Shown here in pieces: positions 37,611-49,500 of a stretch of 64,000 nt of DNA. The position numbers were made by a program, and so were the translations under genes. The notes under the pieces were generated by a model. It ran no database searches. It was not told the origin of the DNA and saw only the letters and a list, made by a program, of their open reading frames with translations. Source of the DNA: Euglena gracilis. Lineage: Eukaryota. The stretch spans positions 47,781,847 to 47,845,846 of the forward strand of contig CP154954.1 of assembly GCA_039621445.1 (NCBI GenBank), given 5' to 3'. Every line of letters begins with the position of its first letter. Positions within the stretch are counted from its first letter, which is position 1.

Positions 37611-38546
37611 AACCCTTGCATTTCAGTCAAAAGAGCTCCATGGAGTGGGCCGGTTTATATGGGGGGTCAATGAAGGGGTGGGTGCGCTTATTAAGAGCTC
37701 AGCACTATTCAAAACCTGGTTCATGTGCAGGGAGGGCCGGTCGCTGGGTGGGAGAGCCGTGCGTCCAGCAACCCGTGATGGCAGGGCACCCAACCACGGG
37801 GAGGCAGGGTGTTGACGCCAGGCCAGGAGGGGCGGGACCGCAGGGGGTGGTCTGCAGCCACTTCCCCCTCATGGGCACGGTAGGGGGGGCACACCTCCCC
37901 CCACCCAAATAGTGGCCAGGCTAAAATGAGCGGCTTTCGGACTTCCCTTCGCAGGTGTCCAGGCGGATATGTGTGAGGGGGGCTTGGGGGTGGGGAAAGA
38001 AACCCACCCCAAAAGCCGGAACGCCGTCCTCAATTCGAACCATATCGCCGTAGAGTGGGAAGAATCTGGGGCCTAACTCAGGAAAGAGCAACTGCCACAT
38101 CCGACCGTTCCACGCAACAGTCGAGCTAACTTCCTATGGGCACGCTTGCCACACGTGACTGGATGAGCCGGTCGAAGACGGACGCCCTGGCTGTGGATGG
38201 GGTTGCGGTGTCGGTGACGCCTTAGCACGACGTGAGGCGTAGCAGGCTCTCACACGACCGTTGCCAGGGGGTCCCGTCCAACCCCCTCCCCTCCAAGGGG
38301 TCCAGCCATCGAACCTGGGTTGACCCCCTTTGACATGCGGTGCCGGGCTGGGAAGCGAAAGAAGGGTTGCACCTCAATTGAACTCGTGCCGAACTCCTGC
38401 CACCACTACTGGTAGCGAAAAGAATGTCTCTCAGACGATCACCACGTCCTATTTTGCCTAATTAAATTCATTGATGTTATCATTTATATTATTTATTTAA
38501 TTATTAATTTCCCTTCGGAAACACTCTTTGGCTGGAGTACGTTGGA

Positions 38547-38924
38547 TCAACTAGGGTCCAGTCCCGCTGGCGAAAAAAAGACAGATGTCTGGACCCTTGC
38601 CGGGGGAGGGGCCCTCCCGCCTACGAGACACCCTGCCCGCTGCGGCGGGCGGCCACCGAGAGGATCGGGGGTGCGGGGTGGCAGCTGCAGAGCTGCCTGG
38701 AGGTCCCGGCGCCGCAACGGCTTGGGCAGGTACGAGTTCATCCCCGCCGCCCGCAGCCCGGAGCGCCGGAGGAACGCCAGCCGGCCAAAAGCATCGTTAG
38801 GCAACAGTCCGCCCGAACCAGGTTCAACCCGTGTGTATGTCTGCATTTGCGTTACGGAATGAATGCGTTTTGCGTGTGTATGTGTGTGTGGTGCGTTTTG
38901 CGCGTGGTGTGTGTTGTATATGTG

Positions 38925-38968
<44 letters not shown>

Positions 38969-41900
38969 ATGCGCACATGTTGTGTGTGTGGGTCAGTGGA
39001 TGGGTTTTGTTGTGTGTGTGTGTGTGTGTGCGTGCGTGTTGTGTAAGTTGTGTGCGTTGTGTATGGGGGGGTCATGACAGGAAATTGAAGCGGCACACAA
39101 GCCTTCCTTCTTGGATGGTCTGCCGGGCTGGGGACCTATGGGGGCCGACGCCGCGGTCCAGGCCGGTCGCAAGGCACTCCTGCTTTGTGGAGCCGACGCA
39201 GTCTGCCGTGGTGGCCACGATGCGGATGGGCGGCAGCGTTCCGAAGAAGCCGCTGGCAGCCCTGGCGCTCCCCAGCCCACAGCACATGGGACAGGGCCAG
39301 GACTGTAGGGAATGCTGGGTGGGGAGTGGTCGACCCCTCCACCCGGGAGGTGGGGGGGTCGACCCCCCCTACCAGGCATTCGCTTAAGGACCCCGGGGGG
39401 GGGGGTACTGGCTAGCAAATCGGCTAGACACTGGAAAAAGTGGACTGGCTGGCCCCCCCTCCCCCCCGGGGGGGGGGGGGGTCCAGGGGTCCCCCGAACT
39501 GGAAAAAAAATTTTCCTCCAGCACTGCGCGCCGAGGTGGAAATGAGGTTTTTAATAGGTTTTTGGCTGATTTTGTTCCAAAAAATCCCAAAAATGGCCAA
39601 AAATGGGCATTTTGGGCCATTTTTGGGGTCCGAAAAAAATTTTCCGGCGCTTCGCGCCGGTCACTGGAAAAAATTTTCCCACTAGCTAGCCCTGCTAGCA
39701 GACCCCCCCCCCCCGGGGGGGGTCTGCTAGAAATCCCACTAGCCAAATTTGGACTAGCTGCAGTCCAGCCCCCCCCGGGGGGGTACTGCAATCCCTTAAG
39801 CAAATGCCTGCCCCCTACCCACCACAGCACCCACGCAAAGGAAATCCCCCCGGTGCCCCCGGAAATACGGGAAGGCATGGCGGGAGGGGGGGGGGGCTGG
39901 TCGGACGCCCTCACCCACCAGTATGGGGGATGGGGGGTCGACCCCACACACACCGATAGGGTTTGTACAGCCCTGGACGAGGGGGGGGGGTTTCAGCCAG
40001 GCTTCTGCTTAAGGACCCGGGGGGGGGGGTACTGGCTAGCCAATCGGCTAGACACTGGAAAAAATGGACTAGCTGGACCCCCCTCCCCCCCGGGGGGGGG
40101 TCCGGGGTCCCCCGACCTGGAAAAAAAATTTTTCCTCCGGCGCTGCGCGCCGAGGTGGAAATGAGGTTTTTAATAGGGTTTGGGCTGATTTTGTTCCAAA
40201 AATCCTCAAAAAATGGCCAAAAATGGGCATTTCTGGCCATTTTTGGGGGTCCCCAAAAAAATTTCCGGGCTTCGCGCCAGTCACTGGAAATTTTTTTTCC
40301 ACTAGCTAGCCCTGCTAGCAGACCCCCCCCGGGGGTCTGCTAGAAATCCCACTAGCCAAATTTGGACTAGCTGCAGTCCAGCCCCCCCCCCCCGGTGGGT
40401 ACTGCAATCCCTTAAGCAGAAGCCTGGTTCCAGCCTTATGCATCATGTGTGTCCAGTGCAAATACACGTGCTGGCGTATGACTGTGTGGGGGGGGGGTGA
40501 CCAGGAGCGCAGCTGTTGTGTGGGCTGTGCCGTGCCTCGTGTCTCGGGAACGGAGTGCCGGGCCGGCCCTCCTGCTCCATGCGGCGGATGGCGCGCGCGC
40601 ACTCGATGCCGTCCATCACCGGCATGTGGTAGTCCATGAGGATGACCGGGTACCAGGTCGTCTTCAGCCGCTCCAGCACCTGTGGCACAGGGGAAGCGGG
40701 GGAGGTCTGATCGATTTTGCTTCAGGCAGGTGAACTGGCAGACATGAACATGGCAGCAAAGCGAGACGAGGGACCAGCCAGGGGGGCGTAGGAAAAATGA
40801 AATGGGGTTCAGACGGTGGACGCAACCGTTCAGAAGTCCCGAATGCAATAAAATAACAACAAATCTCCTGTGTTATATATGCCCTGTGTGTGATACCCAA
40901 AAGCATGTATGCGGGAGGAGGACCGAGACCCTCCTCAAATTGCCGTTCGAGGCCGTTTGAGGAGGGGTTTTAAGCCCCCACCCTGGGACTTAAAACGTCG
41001 GAGGAGGTTCGACCACCTCCTCCTACGGTTACCCTCCCTTTGGGTAACCCAAAAGAGATTTTCTTTGAAAAAAACAAAATTGGACGTGCCCTGCCTATGC
41101 CGCTGGCGTTTCGACGCGTGACGGATGCGCAGGGGGCTAGGGGGCCGGGGCCCACCTCCTGGCCGTTGGCGCAGAGGTGGCTGCGGTACCCGAGCTGGCG
41201 CAGCTGGAGCTGCATCAGGCTGGCCATCATGATGTTGTCCTCCGCCACCAGCACCTCCAGGTCCTCCGCGGACACCGGCGGGGGGGCGGCCGGCGCGGGC
41301 CGCGGGTACATCCGCCCCAGGCCGCCGTGCGCCGGCGGCCGATGCATTTGAATTTCAGGCGGTTGGGATCAAAAACCAATTTGTCGGACCATTGGTACCA
41401 CGGGGGGGGGGGGTGGAGTGACATCGGAGGCCTTCGGAAAAATTGCATAAAAAATGCTAAAAAATAATTGCAGAAATTGCGGAATTAGTACACATTTCTG
41501 CTGGAGGGGACTTCCAAAAATTCACAAGTTCGGTCATTTTGCAACATAGACATTGGTTTTGAGCCGTTATTCAGATTTTTCTTTTCAACAAAAAAGTCCG
41601 AAAACATGCCCATTCTGCAAATATAAAACTTCTTGGGTGAGAAATCCCAAATGGCAAAATATTGACAACACATTGGTATCAGGTAAAACCTGGTCTAGGA
41701 TGCAAAATTTTCTAAGTTAAATCATTTCCTAGCAGAAATTGGGGAAAAACCTAAAAAAAGGCCCAGGATTTCACAAATTTTGTGAAAAATTGGCAAATGT
41801 TGGCAAACTTGCCACAAAAAAACCAAACAAAAAAGCACCTGGGTTCCCTTGAGAGGTGGGGGAGGTAACAACCTAACCCCCCAATGAACCCCCTACGGTC

Positions 41901-44900
41901 AAGATTTGGGCGGGCTTTGCACATGGAGGGTTTCTTGGGCTGTAGTGACGCTATCTGACACTTTCGAAAGGGGGTTTTTCCAACATGGTCACCAAAACAA
42001 GCCCATTTGGGGTGTCATTTGGGGTTGACATTTGGGTATTCATATTTCAATTTGACGCTCCTTCAGGCATGACTAGGCCAAGAGCCCAATACAGCCCAAT
42101 AGGCTGTCGGTGGAAGACGAACCCATGCACAGCGGACTGCAGGGGACCGGGGGAGGGGAGACGAGCGGGGTGGCGGGCAGGGAGGACCGGGACGGGGTGC
42201 GGGAGGCGAACAAAGGGGAGTTGGTGGGACAGGCAGCCAACACAACACCACGATAAGGCACAGGCAATGCTTTTTTTGTTTGGAAAACTCTTTGGCGGAA
42301 TGCTAAAACAACAACAACAACAACAACAACACCAGCAGCAGCAGCAGCAACAACAACACCAACAACAGCACCAACAACAACAACAACAACAGCAACAACA
42401 AAACCAAGGTTGCACCGATGTTATATCCCCCCCCCCGCAAATATGGACCCACCCTAAATATAGAACACCCTTGAGGTGACAAAATTTCTGGTTGACGAAA
42501 TTTCCGACGAAAAACGAAACCCAACAAAATATACAAGGGCATGGAAATTTGCCCGAATATAGAACCAGGTGATTCCAATTTGGGGGGGTATGTGTTTTGG
42601 GTGGTGCTTATGCGTGGTTGGGGGGGGCAAACTCTTATCTGTGGTTATCCGTAGTTATCCGGAGTTATCTGTTGTTGCAAATGTGGCTTTGTTTTGCTGA
42701 CTGGGAAAATCCATCCAGAAATGGCGGTAACCGATATGACAAAAGATTGATCATAGGTTTCACCTCAAAAATGCTTAAAATGAGGAATGCCATAGAATCA
42801 TAAGGCAACCAAAGGAAACCAGAAAACCAAAACATGCACCCAAAAGCAGCCAGAAGCAGCCAAAAGTGGCCAAAAGTGGTCAAAAGTGCCAAAAGCAGCC
42901 AGAAACGGCCAGAAATGGCCAAATGTGGGCCAAAATATGGCCAAAGGCACCCAGCCAACAGTGACCTGAAGTGGCCAAAAAGTGGCATAAAAGTGAAGTC
43001 GCCCAAAAATTTCAAAAGATGTCCCAAAAACCAACGAAAACCAGTTAAGCAAAAATAATAAAAATAACAATAATAATAAATAATAGCAAAAATCAGCCAA
43101 GTCAGCCAGAAGCCAGAACTGGCCCGAAATGGCCCGAAATGGCAAAAAGTGGGTTAAAATGTCCCAAACTGACCCAAAAAATTGGTGATCGCCATGGGCT
43201 CATCATTGCGGGCCTGAGTGGCCGGGACTTGTGCTGGGGCCACGGTCCGACGGCCTTCGAGGCTGGCCGTCGCCGAAGGGCAGGCCCCCCTCCATCGGGG
43301 CGGACCGCCGGCGGGACGCGAGGGGCAGCGGGGGCAGGGCCGGGGGCAGCTTGAGGCTCCGGTCCAGCCACTGGGCGAGGGTCGAGGTGGGCCGCGGCGC
43401 CGGCACTGACGGGGGGGGGGGGCAGAACACAGGGGGGGGGGCGAGGGAGGCTGAAGAGGGTTGGGGCTCTCGGCGCTGCACCCCGGCCCTGCTGGAGCAC
43501 ACGGCGGCGGGAGAGGGGCGGGGGCAGGCGGAACCGCACCCCGGGGGAGCGTGCACACATGCGGAGCGTACACGCTGTGTGCCGGGGTGTGCACAGGCTC
43601 CGTTTCACCAACCCCGGGGGGGGAGAGGGGGGTGCCTTGTGCGATGGGGTGCCAGGCACACCGCCTGGGGGGGAGGGGGGGAGGGTTTGGCCCCCGGTGC
43701 CTGCCAACCTAGGCAAATTTCCCTTGAAAATGGCCTTCGGCGCTTGGGGGGGGGTACGATTCTGCCCACCCCAAAATCTGACCCTCCCCAGGGGGGTGCT
43801 TGCCCATAGCACCCACCCCCGGCCACCTATGGGCAAGCACCCCCCCCTTTGGGGCTGTACACCTTCCTGCTGGAGAAGGAAAACTTTTGTGTCCTCCAAA
43901 GCTTGCAAAATGATATGGTTGGTTAACCCAGTTGCATTGCACTTATATTTCATTGTGTGTAACTACTGCTAATGTGAAATTGATCCAAAAATGTAATCTG
44001 CAACTTCCACTTGTCTGGTGGTGCTGCTACTTGCCTGTGCAATTGCCCCCCCCAAAAACCGGAAAAAGCAAAATATGCAAAGATACAAATTTTCAAATAT
44101 TGGATTATAAAAACCATATGCAAATTATGCAAATTGCATAATGGTGATTTACAATTGCGACCTGGAACAGACACAAAAAATTCAGTATTTATACTCCCCC
44201 AAATTAGAGCGACCCATTGAGAAATCTCTACAAAGATTTTACATTCTTGATGATGTCTGAGGGGGTAACCGCTAACGGTGGGCTCGCTGATAACAATCCT
44301 TCATTTATGTCGACCTCTGGATTCCCAACCAACCAAAAAATTGGATAACGAACCGTCTGCGTCAAGGGGGTGGGGTGTAAATCCTAACATAGGAGGCAAT
44401 CCTCCAACATGAGACATGGAAAAAATGGCATATTCAGGATAAATTCGGGGTGGGTGTGTTCATGCGTCGTGTGGTGGCATATAATTAGTTACTGTGAACC
44501 TCCTGTGGGTCCACTGCCTGGGCTTGGGCAGGCACGTCACGGAGGCGGCGGTGCGGATGCCGCGGGTGAGGAGCAGCGTGAGGGCCTCGGGGGGCAGCTG
44601 GGCCAGCAGGTCGAAGTCGGTGGTCTCCGTCAGGTCGTCCTCGTCCACGATGACTGCGACTCGCCCGGAGTGGATGCGGGCCGCAGTGGGCAGCCCCTAT
44701 GGGAATGGGTGTAAATGTGAGGCATGAGTGCGTTGTGTGTGTTTTATGTGTGCGTGCGTGTTGTGTGGGTGTGTGTGTGTGTGTGTGTGTGTGTGATGCT
44801 TTGTGTGTTGTGTGCCTTAAATTGCACCTTTGCCAATGAAACTATTGTCTGACAAGAAAAAGACAAATGGTAAGAACAGCGGACAGTTCCTCAAGAAAAG

Positions 44901-46501
44901 CAGGAAAGGTCGACAAAGGCAAATGGGCCACTGGCGGAAGGTGGCAATCCCCGGCGACAACTGGGGACTGGGACTCAAACGTTGAACCCATTCTTCTTTG
45001 CAGGCATTTCTGATGGCAGCACTGTGGATGCATGTCTCTCTCAAGCGTCACGCTAAAAATTGAAGACAGCTTCGCTGTTTTGCCCCAGCCAGGGTTGATT
45101 TCCATTATCATCGGTGGCGTTGCTTTTGGTAGCCCTGGAAGGGGGTGTGTGTGCTTGCTCGAAAGTACTTTTGGGGATCCCCTGACACCTGCAAGGAGCA
45201 CAGCTTCCACACGACGTAGGCGGAGGACAGGGCGGTGCACAGCGACAGCCGGGCCCGGTCGTTGCTCACCACGATGAGGACGACGCAGTTGTGGTACCGC
45301 GTGGGGTCAATGCGCTCCGTGGCCACCGGCGTCAGCGGGATGACGAACGACACCTGCGACGGCCAAAACGAAACACCACCCAAGGCGCACCACACACACG
45401 TGCGCGCACACACACACACAAACATCCAAAAAATTCCTGTGCTTTTGGTGGTATCTAACTTGCAGGGGTTTTCTTAAACACCCTGGGGGGGGGGGAGGGG
45501 GATTCCAGCTGGCTCGAAAGGTTCTGGAAAAAAGCTACTGGTTGGACCCCACCCCCAGGGGGTGGGATGCAGGGAGGGTTCGGCCGTCTGGGAGCTGGAC
45601 CCAAATAGCACCAAAGACTTGGCGGAAAAAGCTAAATTCAGTTGAGATGACATTTTACAGCCAAAAGTCTAAGGTAAAATCCCCAATTCCCATTTTTTTT
45701 TCAAAAAATACTTGGCGATTCGTGCCAATAATTCTTCAAATTACCTCAGCTGCGCCGGGCTGTTCCAGACTTAATTTTGGTGGACCCTGAGGGGGGGGGG
45801 AGGTCAGCAGTCCGGATGCGAGCTGCTGGGTGAAAAAGAAAGTGCTGGTTGGCTGGCTAGACCTAGGGAGGGGTCCCCTTCGACGGAAGAAAACCCCCGT
45901 GGGGACCTCATAGACCGTCACCACATCAACCATCCACGTTAACCACCATGTGGGCTTCTCTGGGGCAGACCTTGGTGCCCACGTTGCTGATGGACTGCTC
46001 TGGCAGTGTGGAGGGGGACTGGATCTGGATGGACCCGTTCATCGCCTCCACGAGTGACTTGGACAGCGTCCGCCCCAGGAGGGGACGGCCATCCCGGTCC
46101 CAGCCCAGACATCCCCCACCGACGCAAGCAGGGCGCTGCATTGCGTCCCGGAGCGACGGCAGACAGGCACGCAGACAAAGAGGGCAGCCTTGATGACGCC
46201 GTGACGTGGCGCTGTCTGGCCCTGACCAAGCCTAAGCCGCAGCCTTCAAACCTCCGCGTGCTGCTTTGGTCCACCTGTGGCGAGCGGCACGCACAAAAAC
46301 ATCGCACGCTCACGCAACACAACTCAACACAACGCAACGCAACGCAACGCAACACAACACAACGCAACGCAACACAACGCAACACAACGCAACGCAACTC
46401 AACACAACGCAACACAACACAACACAACGCAATGCAACACAACGCAACGCAACACAACACAACGCAACACAACACCGCAAAACAACACACACACACAACG
46501 C

Positions 46502-46535
<34 letters not shown>

Positions 46536-49500
46536 TTTGAATTTTTTCTTAGAAGCCTGCGAACCATCTTCCAAAGAGTTCTGTAAACAACGAAAAAAAA
46601 TTCCTGGTCATCATTTTGCCCAGATCTTCCCAAAATTTCCCTTACCCGACAAGAACACATTGAACCCATCAAGCAAAAATTGGAACTCCTCACAATTGTC
46701 TCGCCATGTAATAAATCGGGAGAAGCATGGATGTTTGTGAAGCCCCGAGGGGTTCTGACCCCTCCCAACACAGATGGGGGTGAACGGGATGCACTCTCCC
46801 TCCCACCTCGAAACGATAAGGGGCCGGGGAAATTTTCGGTTGTCTCGACGGTCAAAGGATTACCAGGCCAAATAATTGGAAACCCTTGATTTTTCTTTAA
46901 AAAATATACACCAAAAATGTTTGTTCTTCAAAATTTGACTTTCTTACACGTGGAAAACACCAAAACATCCAAAAATGTGCAATATACACTCAAAAGGGAG
47001 GAATAACAGAGAATTTCCTGGTGCACAGTGCAGGAAGAATTTTTTCCCGCCATTTAGAACATTTTTTTGCCAAGGGGTGGGGTCTAGACCACTCCCTCCC
47101 GCCTAGGGGGGTAAGGTGGCGGGGGGGGGGGGGCTCCGGAACCCCCCCAGATGTCAGGACGGGGTGCCACCCTACCACCCAGAGTACCAACGGGCTTCCC
47201 ACACATCCATGGGGAGAAGAATCACATGCTCTTGGGTTTTTGAGCTCTGCCTATTGCCCATTTGGTGGGGGACATGCCTGGGTGAAAGCCTCGAACACGG
47301 TGCTCAGCTTGGAAGCTGGGATGCCCACGCCATTGTCGATGATGGCGAACACAACGTCGATCGGGTCCGACCCCCCGGGGTCGGAGGCAGACAGCGCCTG
47401 CCCGGACGCGTCGCCCGTCCCGACAGACAGCACCGTGAGGTGGTCGAAGCGGCCGCTGGGGTCCACTGTCCCCCGCACGGCGCTGCGCCAGGGACACACA
47501 ACTCCGCAAAGCAACGTGAAGGGCGAAAATGTGTGCGCTGGGATCAATGAATGAAACCGAACGTGGTTTGGCGGAGACCGGCGGCAACTGCAGCGCCTTG
47601 GCTGCTCGCGGGATGCCGAGCGTGCCGTTGTCGGCGGTGCGCGTGCCCGGGATGCTGCGGAAGGAGTCCTCCCCCAACAGCCGGGCCGAGTTGTGGCGTG
47701 CCCCGCCAGGCAATGGCGCACACCTACACACAGGCGCACCCCCCCTGTCAGGTCAGCGAGTAAAGATGTAGGTGACAGGTGACAGGTCTCTATGGTGACA
47801 GGTCAGCGAATGTGGGGCTCAGGTGACAATCAAGCACCTGTGGTCATCCAGAATCCCAGACCAGTCACGCCCAGTCACGCCCAATCACACAGTCACGCCA
47901 ACAGAAATCCCAGGCATCCCAACTGTAAGGGATAGTTTTTTGGCAACTTTTGCCACTTGTGGCTGCTGTTGGCGGGTTTGGCCACTGTTCGCATTCTTTG
48001 CAACCCTTTGTCCACCTTTGGCCACTCTTGTCCACTTCCTTTTTGCTGCTTTGACTGCTTTTGCCACTTTTTCTGCTGCTTTCAAAAGCAACAAAAAGTG
48101 GTCAAAGACGCCCCAAAATGGCCTTAAAATGTCCAAAGCAGCCCAAAAAAGGTCAAAAGCGACAGAAAAATAAACCAAAAAGCAATCAAAACCATCAAAA
48201 AGTGGCCAAAAATGGCCAAAGCGACTAAAAATGGGAAATGTGGACAAAAATGGCCAGACGTTGGCAAAAGCAGCCAAAAGTGGCCCAAAGCAGGCAAATG
48301 GGCCTAACTGGGGTCCTCAAAGCCAGTCATGCAGTCCCGGCGCTTGGTGACAATTTCCCAGGGAGGACAATTTCCTGGGGGGAGCTAGGAATACATATGT
48401 GCTGTGCCTTGTGGCTGCGTGTGGGGGGGGGGTGAAGGGGTGCACACATATGGGAGGTGCTCGTCGACAAAGACAAAGACAACCGGTGCACCGACCCGTC
48501 ATGGAGTTTGGCAGAGGGGGAAAAGCCAAGTGGGGGGGGGGAGGGTGCTGCTGCCACGCCGCCGCTGCCAGGGCCTGGGCCCAGCCGTGGCGTGGGGACG
48601 CCGCCGCCCTCCGCCAGCGCTGCCAGCGGTGCGTCTGTTTGCTTGGCGGGCCGGGGAACTCGAACGGGTGCCGCCAACGCCCCTGCCCCGCCGTCCAGCC
48701 TGGCCAGCCCCCCCACCCGCCCCACCGCAGTGGTTCAAATGAGGAACCAGGGGTTGACTAAGAAATAGAAATTAGGAATTGGGAAACACCACCAGAACCT
48801 GTCTGGGGGGAGGTGGTCAGGACAGTGGCTCTGGAGGACCGAAGGGGCAGTGGGTTGGGTGGGGGGCGTCTGTGTTGGGTTCCTCGATGCTTCTGTCCAC
48901 GGAGAGGGTGAGTGAGCATCGCCTGTTTCTTTGGGCAGCCCGGAAGCACCTCCTCTCACTGAACAATGTGCATATGTCACCTGAAAATGTGCGCACACGT
49001 GGGCACCAAGACAGGCAGGCAGGCAGGCGGAAAGGTGCAAATTGTTGTGGCAAGCGAGCACACCGCACTGTGGGCCCCATGTCGGCCATTGTATACCGTG
49101 ACGTGCCATCGTCGGGCGTGGCTTTGCTGCAAAGAAAAAGCCAAGGCAAGGGCTTCGCAGCGCTGCAGGACCGGCGGGGGCTAATCGAGGCAGCGAACCA
49201 CGGCTCAATTCGCATGCATATGTTTGTGGTTATGGGGGTTGCCCTTGCCCCCGCCTTCAGCCAAGTTGGCAAGGACAGCTCAACCCCCCCCCCCCCGAAT
49301 AGAAGCCCCCCCCCCCCGAATAGGAGCCCCCCCCCCCCGAATAGTAGCCCCCCCCCTCGGTTTTCGACCAAAATTCCAAATAGTGCCCCCCCCCCCCCCG
49401 TTTGGTAGGCCCCTGCCCGTGGATCTGTCAAATGGGACGGATGGCACTTTGGCTTCTTCAGGCATTGGTTAAAATGAGGGTTGGGTGTTTTTATGTTTCA

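Noticed and set aside
41985-42479. Poly-Gln ORF
   Set aside because: A CAA/CAG microsatellite on the opposite strand within a kinase intron, with no other coding signal.
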